Source of the DNA: Antedon mediterranea
Lineage: Eukaryota > Animalia > Echinodermata
Assembly: GCF_964355755.1 (NCBI RefSeq)
Contig: NC_092678.1
Location: forward strand, 16,287,881-16,351,880
Reading direction: 5' to 3'
DNA length: 64,000 bases
In this document: in pieces, positions 12,471-26,265 of the stretch
How the letters are laid out: each line of letters opens with the position of its first letter
How positions within the stretch are numbered: position 1 is the first letter of the stretch
Position numbers and translations under genes: made by a program
Notes under the pieces: model-generated
What the model saw: the letters and a program-made list of their open reading frames with translations, nothing else
Database searches by the model: none
Told to the model about the DNA's origin: nothing

Positions 12471-12915
12471 TATTTTTATCAACGCACCTAATGACTGAAG
12501 CAGACCACCGATAGGCTTATGTTTGTTTTATACCATGTGAATATCCTGTCAATTACAACACGCACGTCACTCGATGAACATTTTCTTAAATCGTAATCTT
12601 TCAAGATATAACTTGAAAATGGTTAAGTCTACCAGTACATATATTAAATACTTGTGAAAAGTAGACCTAGTTGAAAGTCGTAAACAATTTAATTTAAAAA
12701 AAAACAACCTTTTTTATTGCACCGCCGTGTAGGCTATAGCCATATTAAGTATAACTTAAACAACAATGATCTTATTTCTTTGCAGTTACCCTAAAAAAAC
12801 CCTCTTTTACAAATTAATCATTTCTCACTAGAGACAGAATACAACATTTTCTTCTTTTTATAGTAGTTTTTTATTATATTTTTTTTTTCTTTTTGTAAAA
12901 ATAGAATGATCGAGG

Positions 12916-12961
<46 letters not shown>

Positions 12962-14029
12962 TAGCTGCTTAAGTTAGTCTCTCTCTTCTAACTTCTTAGA
13001 CTATTTAAAGTACGGTATCTAGATGGGAAAAACAGATTAAAATAAGCTATTTTCTTTGCTTACCATAAAAACATGTTTTAAACCCCTTACTCTTTTTCTC
13101 AATAGAAACAGACAACGTGAATTTTTAATCAGTGCCTTTAAAAATAAGCAACTAACTAGGCCTGTGAACCACATAAACAACAAACTCATAAGTTTGAAAT
13201 TGTTACCAATCTATACAGTATTCTCATAATAATTCTTACATCCGCCTTTTCTTACTCTGTTCACCGAGGCCAGCAACAACCAGCACATATAAATATATAT
13301 ATTTGTCTTACTTGCATCCCTATCGTTACGGTAATTGTTGACTTTGTAATGTCATTTTAATCATTTACGAATTGATAACTGCGGGTTGAAACTGTAGATA
13401 CAATTGTATTATTTTATTTTAAATATATTGCTTTAAACATAATAGGCCTAATATGCATGCATATATAACCTAAAATGGAAAAATTTTTTAAGTTGTTGCT
13501 TGATTGTTTTGGTTGGTTTTTTTTTGGGTGTGTTTCTTGTTAAGAACCATTTTTTGTTTGTTTTTGTCTTGTTGCCACAGCTGGTGGCGCGTTGTGTTTT
13601 TGGAAATAAAATAATAATTCTAAAAAAAAAGAAAAAAAGATAAAATTTTAATCAGAGGGAATTCCCTGCATTATTTCGTAAAAATAGATAGCAATACCTA
13701 AATAGCCGTCTAGAATATAATAGGCTATCTATTTGTAGCCTACTGTACTGTATATTACCGTACTTATCAACACATCGGTAAATGCAGGGATTTCACTCTT
13801 CCCTCCTGGTAAAACATTCCGCAGTAATGAGAAACGCCTAGGCCTGTACGTGAACTACATAAACAATAAAGTTTTTAAAGATTTGGAGGAGAGAATATTA
13901 GGTTAGAAGAAGATGTATTGTCATATTTTTTTTATTGAAAAATCGAATCGACCAAAATTACAACTCGTGGCTAAGAGCCAAATTGCGTGTAAAATACATG
14001 TCATAGCAAAAATATATATACAGTATTAA

Positions 14030-14470
14030 AAAATTAAAAATAAAAAACAACAAAAAACAACAAAGAAGGGGAGAGCAGTCGCAAGCTCGCAGGGGAGACA
14101 ATTAAGAATTTAATAATTTGATGAAGTAGGGTATTAGGGCTATTATTATTATTAAATATGGATGTTTTAGACGCTAGCTGGGTAATTTTGTTTTTATTTC
14201 TTAAATTCCTACCATGACAGATATGTCTGGTCGGTGGGATTAATTTTGGGGAGATACTCAGCGAACTTGCGACAATGCTCCACCCTTCTTTGAGCCAAAG
14301 CCTCTAATTTAAGAAATTCAAGGGCACCAGAGTAAGAAAAATAATCGTTGCCTAACATTATACGGCAAGCCCTCTTTTGTACATTTTCAATACAATCGCT
14401 TAATCTACAAGTCAAGCCAGAATTCCAAACAACATCAGCATACTCAACAACTGGTCTAATATAATTATAA
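14030..14470 (-). mobile_element. CR1/L2-group LINE 3' fragment
   Basis: YIRPVVEYADVVWNSGLT...IENVQKRACRIMLG...Y..AL..L.LE.L..RR is the typical post-RT region. Confidence 0.75.
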
Positions 14471-14499
14471 TATACAAAAATATACAGAAAATAACAATC

Positions 14500-16280
14500 A
14501 GCCAGCTGCAATAGTTTTTGTAGACTTTGCCAAGGCGTTTGATTCTATAGATAGAAATTTAATGTTTATATGTCTGAAAAAATATGGTTTTGGACAGTCA
14601 TTTATTAACTGTATAAAAACTATATATACAGATACGCAATGCTTTGTAACCCACAATGGTTGGATATCTGAAAGATTCAATATGAGATGTGGTGTAAGAC
14701 AGGGTTGTCCTTTGTCTGCTTTACTTTTTTTATTAATTGCTGAGATAATGGCAACTAATATAAGAAAAAACCCACTATGTAAAGGAATAGAATTATCTAA
14801 AGTAGAAAATGAAGATCATATTGTTAAAATAGCTCAACAATATTTACAAAGGATGAAATTAGTTTAAACCATTTTCTGTGTGAAATTGAAATGTTCTGTT
14901 CAATATCAGGTTTAAGGTTAAATAAAAGTAAATCGAAAGGAATTTGGATTGGAGCAAATAAAAACAAACAAACATCGCCATTTAATATCAAATGGACCAA
15001 AGAACCAGTGAAATTCCTTGGAATCTACGTAGGGTCTGATAAACATACTTGTGTTAAACGAAGTTGGGATGATACAGTTTTAAAATTAGAGAATACATTA
15101 AAACTATGGGAAAAACGATATCTTAGTGGACTCTCTGAAGTTGAATTGGGTTAAGAGACTGTTAAATCCTAACACAGGTATTTGGAAATGTATTCCAGAC
15201 TACTATATGCATACAGTTGATTATACTGCGAATTGTAGTAAATTAAATACTGAAGCGCATACTAAATTTAAAAATATGCCAGTATTTTATATGAATATGT
15301 TGAAAGCAGATGTAAAGTTAAACAATATTGTATATTGTTTAGAGCCGCAAAATTGTCACAACACTTATGGGAAAACAAATTTATAACATCAATTGAGGGA
15401 AAATCTCTATATTTCAACACCTGGTTAAACTATGGATACAAAAGAGTAAATGATATAGTTGTTAATAACAGGTTATTGACTGCAGCAGAAATTATTCCAA
15501 CTCTGTCGAATAAACAGAACGGATTAATTGAATACTTTGCAACAATAAATGCAATACCTGATATATGGAAAGAACAAATAAGGTTGGAAAATGCACGCAT
15601 AGATATACAATTAAGAGAACATAATATATTTCATAATAGGATAAGATCGTCTTACTATTACAAGCACTTTATAAATGATATATGTATTATTCCAAATCCT
15701 CAAATGAAATGGGAAATAGAATTTAGAGATGAAATCATTGACTGGAATGAAATATGGAATAGAAAAGTATGTAGAATGAAACACATGGTAAAAGTAGCTC
15801 AATTTAATTTTAAGTTGTTACATCGAATCCTTATATGTAAAAAAAGACTAAAAAGATGGAACAACAGACAAATGTAATAAGTGTAAGAATCATATAGAAA
15901 ATGAAAAACACTTATTAATTGCATGTAAAACTATTCAACCAGTCTGGAAAAGGTTTAAAGATATGCTGGTTCAGTGTCTTCCAAATGAGGTTGCAGTACA
16001 GCAAGACTTCCCAAAGTGGGTTAATGTAATTTTGGGAACAACAAACAAACTTGTAAACGAATTAATTTCAGTTTTTACTTTTTGTATATATAAATCCTCC
16101 ATAATATATAAAGAACTAGAAACGACAGAAAAAAAAGAATCTGCAAATATTTGGGGGCTATTTAAAAGTGAAATTATAAACCTCATAAATAATGAGTATT
16201 CGTATAACTTTTATACTGCTGATCAGAAATGGAAAAATAGTAAAGACAGGATATTTGACCTATTGAATAATTAAAATATA
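14500..16280 (+). mobile_element. Frameshifted L1/Tx1-type LINE ORF2 (RT to C-terminus)
   Basis: VDFAKAFDSID, KYGFGQSF, GVRQGCPLSALLF, SGLRLNKSKS, FLGIYVG, KLNWVKRLL, FNFKLLHRIL, ENEKHLLIAC across several frames. Confidence 0.85.
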
Positions 16281-19172
16281 TATATGTTCTGGAGATCTCT
16301 ATCCCTACGTTTTACAATTGTATTTTATATTAGTGTGACACATATGCTGTATAAGTTTTAATATAAATGTGTAGCCCTTTTTTAGTTTAAGTGATTTTAA
16401 ATGTAACCCTTGATTATGTTTTTAGACAATTTTAATAACTTATATAAAATCTGTAATTATTGGTATTTATTTATATAATCTATTTTTTACTTGTTTTTTT
16501 AGTTCTAAACATGTTAAACTTATGTGTTAGAGAAAAGATATTAGTTTAATTGTTGTTTTTTTGGAGTTTCTAATTGTGTTATATTATTTATATTTTATTT
16601 GTTTGTTTTGAGGAGCCTATTCACCACAAGCTTTGCTTTCTCTTAGGCTCCTCCACTTTAGGCCTATATTTATATATTTGTAAAGTGAAATAAATAAATG
16701 AAATGAAATTTTTTAATATATATATATATTTCTATATTTGCAATATTCATATTGTATACATGTCAATGTTATCTGCATATATTTGTATTTGTCCAATATA
16801 TATATTTTTCTATATTTGCAATATTTTATATCGTAAATACAAATTGGAAGTAGTAGTTGTACCAAGGTGACATCGGGTATGAAGCGTCTCACATACGCAC
16901 AGAGCCAAAATCGCATCTTGGACTTGCACAGTGTATGGACTCTAACCTTAAGGTTTTCATTAAATATATCATTGCATGCTATAATTCTAAATATCTAACT
17001 TTCAAACTTTTGCATTCCTCTTTTTTCATTTCATCCTTTTTATCTTGGTGAAAAGGAAGGATACTACATTCTCCTCCCCTGAGTTTATAGCCTCTCTACT
17101 CGAACACAAATAAGATCACAAATAAGATAGTTTAACAAGGAAACTTTAATCATGTATTTTACCGCTAGCTTTCATTTTTACATTTTAATTAACATCGTAT
17201 CTAAAATTTTAATGAAAACAAATATGGTTAATACTGAATTCAAGCATCTTATTATGTAAATATACCTGTATTTTAACTACTTTAAACACTTTCTTTTAAT
17301 TGTCACAAATGTACTTATATGTATATAATATATTCACCAATGAGAATTTAAATAAACGTGAGATGAACTCACACAAGACAAAAAAAAAAACAATAAAGTA
17401 TTTTCACCTTTTACAAATCCTTATATCCGCCTCTTCTTACTAAGTTAACTCTGTTCATCAGACGCCAGCAACAACCAGCACCTATAAAAATATATGTGTC
17501 GTAATTGCACCATTATCGTTAAACTTGTTTTCCGGTACTTTTTGAAATCATAATGTCAATCACTTTGACAAATGACAATAACAATGACAACTTCTTTTAT
17601 TTTCTTTGTAAATAAAGTAGATAAATAAACGACAAAATTAACATTTATCAAAATAGTATTTTTAAAAGAAAATCGGTCTTTCTTAAACATTATGATGATC
17701 AATCGGTTTCAGCTATTAAGAACAATTATCGTAGGAGGAGATAGATAAATGCGGAGCTTCCTCGTATTATTGTGTGCGGGTATTTTTCAAGATGGACATC
17801 CATTAGACAGTGTATACCACGATGGGAAAAATCGTTAAATCTATTCGTTTTATTTGTCAATAACTAATTAACTTACTCAATTTAATTAGTAAACAAGGTT
17901 ACATCAGGTGGTTAAATTCAGTACCGAAAGTATAAACCAACGTTATAATCATCGAGTAAACATTCTAGAAGTAACGCGCGATTTCAGCAAATTTTGCCCT
18001 TACGTACATTTATATATAGATATGAAACCAAATATATAAGATCACTCACCAAGACCTCAACTCCAGAACCATGGTTGAGACTGAGCTATGAGCATTTAAA
18101 AAAACAGAGCCTGCGTTAACCAATACCCATGCAAGATACTGGATTGTATGTAAATGTTCAACATCGATGCAAACTTCATCGATATATTTTTCTTCATCAA
18201 CAATAACTTGCGTAAGCGGCGCTCCATAGGCACCTGTCCTGTCCTGTCTTTAAGTATTTATATCTCTGTAACTTTCTCCACTTTATAAGCTAAAATAATA
18301 GCATGTTTTTATTTAACATCGATGTTATGGTCAAGCTCGCGGGGTTTTTTTTTTGCGATAATAGAGTAGGCCTAATATTTTAATAAATATTTGTGCGCAA
18401 AGATAAGAGATTAGACGAACATTTTCTTCGTTTGTGTCTCATATTTAAGATAAATTGTGCTTAGAATAGAATTGATGTAAGCAAAATAAATAAGCATAAT
18501 TGCTCAGAAGATGATTTATACGCTAGTAAACTTTATATACACTAGAGTTAGTGTGATCAGAAGATTATATACCTCATTTATGGACCACAGGACAGCACAG
18601 AAAGACTATCAGGCTTTCAACTGTGCCCTCTTGATCTTGCCAATTTAATAGTTGAAACCGTTTGGCAATGAATTGACGGTTTTTACGCACATCATATGTG
18701 ATAGGAAAATAAACATATGATCATTTTAAATGAGTGATGAAAGGGCATGACACCGCCACCTGTATACTACGTATTTTTATCAAAAATCTTTGATGCTACG
18801 AAATACAAATAGAGAGGGCGGTATTAACATATTTTATTATGATTATTTTTAAGCCAGAGCCTGTGCGGCTTACAATGTAAGTACTGCTCGAGAATATTTT
18901 CCAAATATAAAGTGCTTTTTGGACGTTTTTTGTGATTATTTTGAATTTTGGTGAGTAAAATGATTATTGTTTTAACTATTTTATTGTATATAATAAACCA
19001 TCAACATTCTCCTGATTTCGCCTGAGAGCTACCGTTGTGTTCCACGCCTATTATCGCTCTGTGGTGGAGTACGGAATGATAAGACGGAAAGGATGCGATC
19101 AGCTGAGACCTTATCCTCTATCGTCTGGTGTTGAGCTCTGGTCAGGTCCTATATTATCCAGCGGGGCGGGAA

Positions 19173-19585
19173 CATAGTGGCAAAATCTGGCATAATTATG
19201 CCGTCTGGCATAATTTTGACCCATCTGGCATCTGGCATTTATGCTAGGCATAATTTTAGGAAATCTGGCATAATCTGGCATAATTTGAAAAACGCAAACA
19301 TACAACGTATTCACCACGATTTAGCATATTATCTGGCATAATTGCGAAAAAATCTGGCATAATTTGTACACAATCTAGCATAATTTGGCTGAAAACCCGA
19401 AGAGCTTTTTTTTTTTTTTTTTTTTTTTTTTGGCTTCCCACCTTTGTGGTACATAAAACATACACATAAACCGCCCTCTTATTCACTGTTTTGGTGCACT
19501 TTTAGCCTTAATTGTGTCTGGCATAATCTGGCATAATTTTGTGCTGCCACCTAGCATAATTTCATTTCGCTCGCTGGCCACACTG
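19173..19585. mobile_element. hAT-type MITE with 8-bp TSD and internal TCTGGCATAAT repeats
   Basis: GGCGGGAA directly repeated at 19165-19172 and 19586-19593. Ends are CATAGTGGC and GCCACACTG, with more than 10 internal copies of (T)CTGGCATAAT. Confidence 0.75.
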
Positions 19586-20239
19586 GGCGGGAACGATTTT
19601 TAATGTACTGTAGGGTGTCATTTTAAATAGAGGATGGGTCCTGAGACCCAATTATTTGAACCAATAAGCGATTTTACATAAAATGCATGATAAAAATGGC
19701 ACCTCTCACTAGTCTATTTGGCCCGGAACTGACAAACGGAAAAAATAAAAATCGCGAGCGTGTAGTTTGCCGCAATTTTTTTCCTGGGTTCAGGCCATGC
19801 AACTCCGTAACAACAGAAATAGCACTCAAAGTCATCATCCAGGATTCTGAAAGGGTGCGCTATTAATTGAGGAGGCAGGCAGTCTGGCCATCATGGTGCG
19901 CTCCCTTTGTGCAGCATTGTACGGAGCAGCTAATGGTATGGAGGCGTATTAATTTTTTTTTTTCGTATCTGATTTTGGCTAAATTGTTAAATTGTAGCTC
20001 AGAGCAATATTGACACCTGCAGGATCCGCCCCGCTAGAATATTTTGATATAAAATAATAGATTTGGTATTATCTGTATGTTTCCTTTAAACGTTATCTTA
20101 ATTAAAAAATATAATATCAATTAATTAAGTAACATTTGTTTGACCATAATTTAACTAATGTCCGTACACACTGTCCGAACACACACACCCAAAATTCGCC
20201 TTTATCACGATACGAAAGACATTTTACAAATTCTACAAA

Positions 20240-20418
20240 TTCTACAAAACTAAGCCTAGCTAGGCTAGGCCTAAAGACCGTCCACGAGAGGACGTTCACC
20301 GCAAGCTACTTAGGTAATGCTTTATAATAAACTACCATAAAACGTACATCTAAGACAAGGAATAACCTGGTTTAATGTTTTTGTATGCAGTCAAGAATTG
20401 TAGGGAATGGGTCTTTAA
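20240..20418 (-). mobile_element. Fragment of the Kolobok-like family seen at 50460/60417; a related remnant lies at about 25285-25540
   Basis: CTAAGCCTAGCTAGGCTAGGCCTAAAGACCGTCCACGAGAGG...GTAGGGAATGGGTCT-TTAA matches the reverse complement of the left part of 50460-51085. Confidence 0.7.
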
Positions 20419-20884
20419 GTGAAAGGATCCCTTTAATTCACTCTCTCTGAGAATATTAAAAAAATCTTACCTCTTCTGGTTCTTTTGGTTTTCTTTATTT
20501 TCTTTTTCAAATTATGTGTGTCACCTATGTCACTTATCATGCTATAGACCAAATTCAGTACTGAGTTGTTATTATACATACTAAATTTCAGTGCACATAT
20601 TTTTTTAACTTTTCATTTATGCTGATGATCACAGTGATAAGTTTAAATTAAGTTTTATTTTAGGTTTAGATCTTCACTTAGATCTTATTTATTATTGTTT
20701 TGAGAATCATGTCTGGAATGTTTTCCAAATGTCTCAAAGAGTTTTGTTTATGTGAAAGTATACATGTCCTCTCCCAGGTAGCAACTTCCATGAGTACTTT
20801 AGACATTCTATCTGACTAAAACACCTGTTTTTGTATTAGTATCTAAGGTCCTGTCTCTGCTGTGAATAAAAAAATCGGTAATAA

Positions 20885-21766
20885 CAGTGGCCCCGTTTCT
20901 GCTGCCAAAAATATACCGTATATATATGGTATATTTTATATACGGTATATTTTTTGGCAGCAGAAATCGGTCTCATAAAAAATATACCGTATATATATAT
21001 GCGGTATATATACCGCATAAATATCCCCATCGTGTATAATATCCATATAATATTTCGTACCCCGTTTCTGCTGCAATCAAAATATACCGTATATGTGACC
21101 CGGTCCATGACACGAGGTCAAAAACTAACAGAGCGTGACGCGTTTGTTTGGTTTTTCTGCTGCATTGACACGCACGTGTATAATAAGCAAGCAACAGATC
21201 AAAATATCACTGTGGACTGAAGAAATAACTATTTTTGCAATTCAATTGAGGGTAGAAGCGAAGGTTGGGGGGGAGACTTCATGGCAACAGAAGAGATACC
21301 GAGATTTACAAAAGTATCTCAAACAAAATAAAAGCAGAATTTGTGGTAGACTTAATAACGCCAAAGTTATCGGCAAACGCCGTCGTCTTCTTTGCATAAA
21401 TCTAGTCAATGCCCATTCTATATTTCTAGATTGTTTGTGCGATGTAAATTTGTTGCCACTTCTGCTCATTAGATTTAAAATATAAAGCATGCTACAACGT
21501 TTTGAGAAACCATCATTTGTTTTGTTTTTGTCATGTAACCTCACTACACGAGACTCTAGGTCAATCCATACTTCCGTCTCACAAAATGCATTTTGGGTAA
21601 TGAAAGCCAACTTTTTTACAGCCCACCCACAATGTGCAGCGGAAACGGTGCAGGAATTTCATATACGGTATATATACGATATATTTATACGGTATATTTA
21701 TACGGTATATTTATACGGTATATTTATACGGTATATTTGGGATTGGCAGCAGAAATGGGGCCAGTG
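20885..21766. mobile_element. Non-autonomous TIR element (CACTA/EnSpm-like ends) with sub-terminal ATATACCGT tandem repeats
   Basis: Ends CAGTGGCCCCGTTTCTGCTGCCAA and TTGGCAGCAGAAATGGGGCCAGTG, with arrays of ATACGGTATATTT near both ends. A related degenerate unit with AATCGGTTA repeats follows at about 21795-22740. Confidence 0.65.
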
Positions 21767-23529
21767 TGAATAAATTAACCAACATATTTTTTAAGCAGGG
21801 TTTGTTTCTGCTGAAAAAATGAAAATAATCGATATTTTCCAGTCACCGCAAACCACAAAAATAATCGCGTTGCAATTGCAATTGAAAATTGCTACGACTT
21901 TAATCGGTTATTCAGGTAATCGGTTTTTAAAACACGTCATCATTCTGCCACAGCGCAGTTCAAGTTATGAAAGGCCGATGAGAGTAGGTTTGTTTACATC
22001 CTATCGCTGCCTAAAACTCTCACATGTAGGATTAAAAATTACTCTTACGTAAAGCTATATTATTTGTAAAATAAACATCTAGGCCTACTACCGTACCACA
22101 TATAACAGAATAATGATGTTATATTAATAAGTACACGTCGGCAAAAAAAGTTCGTTTCGCCGTTCGTTGGTTCTACCTTCGGCCTGCTAGGCCTATGCTA
22201 TATATTTCTACCGATACAAGTCAACAGACAACAGGCCTAAAAAATGACATGTAAAACATCGTTAGCCTGGACTGGTGGTATGTAACGGGTGTACTTGTAA
22301 CACAGAATCCTGGAGTCTCTCGGTATAATTCTTCCCCACAAAATAATAAAAATCAAATGTTTAACATTTGATTGTTATTCGGTCTACATCGCGATCGTGG
22401 TTTTGCTGATCGTCGTCGATATCGCGCAAATAAACAGCATGCTTTACGTGAATAAGTTTGTCATACTCTAGAGGTCAAAGTGAGGTCAATAATCGCTATT
22501 TGTGTTGCAGCTCAAAACTGCTCCGCAATAATCGGTTAAAACAAGAAATAATCGATTAAAACACGCAATGGATTGAGTGTTTTTAATCGGTTATTTTTAA
22601 TCGGTTATTTTATTTTGCGCCGTTTCTGCTGCCCAAAAATAATCGATTAAAAAAATAAACGGTTAATAATCGATTATTTCTGCTCAGCAGAAACAGGCCC
22701 GCAGAAACCAGACAAATTTGTAATAACCGGTTAAATGGCAACATGAAAATAACTGTTAAAACCACATAAACGATTTGATTAATAACACCATTAATTTAAC
22801 CAGACAGCTGTACTACCTTGAAAGTTTGACCTTCTGATGTAGCAATGCATTTCGGGTAATTTTAATGTTTTTTGGGTTTTTTTTTACAAATTTTAAAGAT
22901 TCTTTTGTGAGCAGAAACTTAGCAGAAAATGGGGTCAGCCTAAAAATTATATTTTTTAAATAAACTGTTTATTCGACGTCATGTAGCAGAACAGGCCCAA
23001 AGGGGACATACTGAAGGTGATGTTTATTAGGTTTGTTGTTTTTAATTTATAAAGCGCAAAAAAAAAAAACTCTCAACCTCGTAAACGAACAAGTGAAAAT
23101 GGAAAATAAGGGAAGTAAACTTTCATGGCAGCATCCACATCGAAGTATGGAGTTAAGGCAGTTGGCACCAGTTGAGTATCTACCTCCTATCCTAGTAAAA
23201 AAGCTATAGGAAAAGGCATGTAAAAATGCCATAGGAAAAGGCATGAACGACAACCAATGATTATTATAACAGAAGACACAAATAAATAATTTAAAATTAT
23301 AAACATGATAAAACGAATCACAAATAATGGATGCGATTTCCACCAACAAATTTCACCAGCAACATATTGAATTTTTCACGCTGCTGCTCTAGCCCGCTAC
23401 GTCACACGAGATGACTCATTCATTAGATGAAATCAAGCAGCTTTATAGTACTACACTTTGACATTTTTGTTAAAATGGAAACTCCACTATAATTTATTGG
23501 TACCACCTGTTGAATCCAAAAACGGCTGA

Positions 23530-24509
23530 GGGCCTGTTCAGACCTACGGAGTTATGCTTTCGTACTGTACGCGGCGTACAAGTCCATAGGTCTGAACCAG
23601 GAAAAGATTAGTGGAAGCCACCTCGTACGACACTGATATTTCGTACGCTACGAAAGCTCAAGGTATGAGTTTAGTGGACGTCGCTTACAATACGAAAGTC
23701 ACGCATCGATGAATATGACCTAGGTTAGATATCTAGCCAATCAAATTACAATATTCGCCACATCACATCGTGACATGTGCTCCTCATCGTATAGCCAAGC
23801 TGATCCATTTGTTGTGATCGGTGAACTTGCGAAAAAATCATACCTTTTGTTGTTACACTATACAGTATTATTATTAATATTATTATATTAATTAATTTAA
23901 AATGTCATCGAAGCGTGCGCATTGGCGAGAAACCGAAGTAAAATACCTTATTTCATTGTGGGGAAGCCCTGAGTTCAGAGATCGGTTGGAAGTGAAAAAC
24001 TGGCGTAAAAGCACCGACAACAAGATGTCTGTGTTCAACGAGATGGTGGACACGTTAGCAGATGGGCCATCCTCATAAAGAAGGATTTAATATCCAAACG
24101 AAATTGAAGGGGTCGTCATATAAAGCGGCGAAAGACCGAGTAAATAAATCTGGAGCCGGTGCAAGTACGGGATTTGAACATTTTTCTGCCATAAATGATA
24201 TTTTAGGTCATAGACCAAATATAAACCCAAACCCCAAAACGATCGGCTGGTTGGTATGCCTGACAACCAATCGATAATGCCGAGCCCAAGTGTTCGGTCT
24301 AGGCCTGTAACTCCTAAACCAACCACTACTACAACGAAGGTAGGTCTATGCGTGTGTTAGAGTTTGGTTAATCGCCAGCGAGTGACATCATATCCGTTTA
24401 TAACGCAACTTCGTTGCAATGAATCTGAACACTTTGCTCTTACGACGCTCATTAAAATATGACCTTGGCTGTGATACGAAAGCATAACTCCGTAGGTCTG
24501 AACATACCC
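23530..24509 (+). mobile_element. PIF/Harbinger deletion derivative carrying a frameshifted Myb/SANT (trihelix) ORF
   Basis: TIRs of about 35 bp (GGGCCTGTTCAGACCTACGGAGTTATGCTTTCGTA) with 3-bp TSD TGA. From 23902: MSSKRAHWRETEVKYLISLWGSPEF...VFNEMVDTL, then in another frame IQTKLK..YKAAKD..KSGAG....F.HFSAINDILGHRP. Confidence 0.8.
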
Positions 24510-26198
24510 TGAGAAAAGAGTCTAACGACAAATCCCAAAGCATTCTGGTATTTATGAGTCCCATGATATAATTCGCTGTCAGATAATCATTGAATTATTA
24601 TCAAAACAGTCCATTGAAGTTTTTGTTTGTAATAGGATACTTGAAGTATCTAGGCGTGATGAAGTGACCCCCAGACTTGACCTTAGCAATAACAATAAGC
24701 AGCAGTGTTTTTTGTAAGAAATATTCTTGTTTAATCAATTTTCTATGCTCTGTTTTGTCATTCTACTAGAGGATGTTATTTACCGGGTTGAGGATAATTA
24801 TTCTGTTTATTGTCTTCCTTTTTAAATTGTTGGCATGTATTTGGACTCATATTAATTTTAATGTTCGAAGTTCAATAGGTAAAGCTATTTAAAGGTTATT
24901 TCAGGACATTAAATATTGTAAATAATGATTTTGATGACTAAACTATATTTAGTATAGAAGAAGAATGCTGTGAATCATCTTCAGTCATTTAAGTCAACTT
25001 AGAGTATAGAAATAAATATATCTGTATAAATCTAAATAAAATTACTGGGAAAACACCACAGTGCAGTGGGGTTTCAGTGATACCAAGGCATTGGTGATGG
25101 TGTTTCCCTTCCTCCTCTCTTTTTTGCAAAAACATAAAAGAATTTTAAGGCGAGAGAGTGGCCGAGCGGTTAAGACAGTAATACGTAGCCATAACATCGG
25201 CAAGGATCCTAGGATCTGTGATTCTCAAAGGATCCAGGATCTGTGATTCTAGGCATGATGAATGACAGAATTTTGAAAAATCTAGAAAACGTCAGGCTAG
25301 GCCTATAGCTAGCATACAATGTTTGTATGTTACTGATTTACCAGCTCGGCCAAAAACTAAGCTAGGCTAGACTTAAAGCCGTCCACGAGAGGACATTCAA
25401 TGCGAGCTATGAGTTCGGTAGTGCATTGTTTTTCTCATCATATTTTCTTACCATAATTTATTTACCATAAACTTTAAGACAAGAAATGACCTGGTTTAAT
25501 GTCTTTAAAGTTTACATAACGTCAACAATTTTAGGGAATAAGAAGTATTATATATGCATCTTTTTTGGTCATGTTTATGAATCGGTAATTTATACTTTTA
25601 TAAAGAATTAAGACTAATGATTCACTAAATTTACTTCAAACGTTTTTTACTGACTCATGAAAAATCCAAATTGATCATCACATTTCATTGATCGGCAAAA
25701 CTACAAAACATAAAATCCTAAAAAATATAAAGAAATGACTAATAGAAATTTCAAGAATTGAGAGAAAGTTAAAGCGAGAAGTCATGAATAAAAGCTGAAT
25801 CATAAAAACAAGATAGAAATGTCTGTGGTTGCTGTACACGCCAATATGGAATGAAATGAGAAAACACATTTTTAACCCTTTTCAAATGCAACAAACATTG
25901 TATAAATTAAATATTGTTTTATCATTTTCCTTTACGAATATTATTTCCTTCCTTCTTGCATAACAAAAAAACACTGTAGGCCTAGTGTATAAACAATTAA
26001 TCTATTAAATATAATATAATATTAATAATAACTTATGTAAAAGTACCTCTTCAGAGATCCCGCTTCATGAATTAGTATGGAATATGTGGGCATATCAATT
26101 TTTCTGTTGTGCATGCTTACAATCAAGAACTAGTGATGTTCTGTCATACTTATACCAAAGGTGTTAAAGAGTTGTTACCAAATTTAACATTACCAAAA

Positions 26199-26265
26199 GG
26201 CTCAACAGTCGAATGATAGGATATCTGCATATCAAGCAGAAGGGTCCAGGTTCAAATCTCCTCAG
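26199..26265 (+). repeat. Degenerate tRNA-like/SINE head
   Basis: TCTGC-ATATCAA-GCAGA arm followed by a GGTTCAAATC B box; no acceptor stem. Confidence 0.35.

Noticed and set aside
19111-19486. ORFs with IMPD/NYAR repeats
   Set aside because: By-products of TCTGGCATAAT repeats inside a hAT MITE.
20836-21822. Cluster of overlapping ORFs on both strands
   Set aside because: They lie in a TIR element with ATATACCGT arrays and have no recognisable protein motif.
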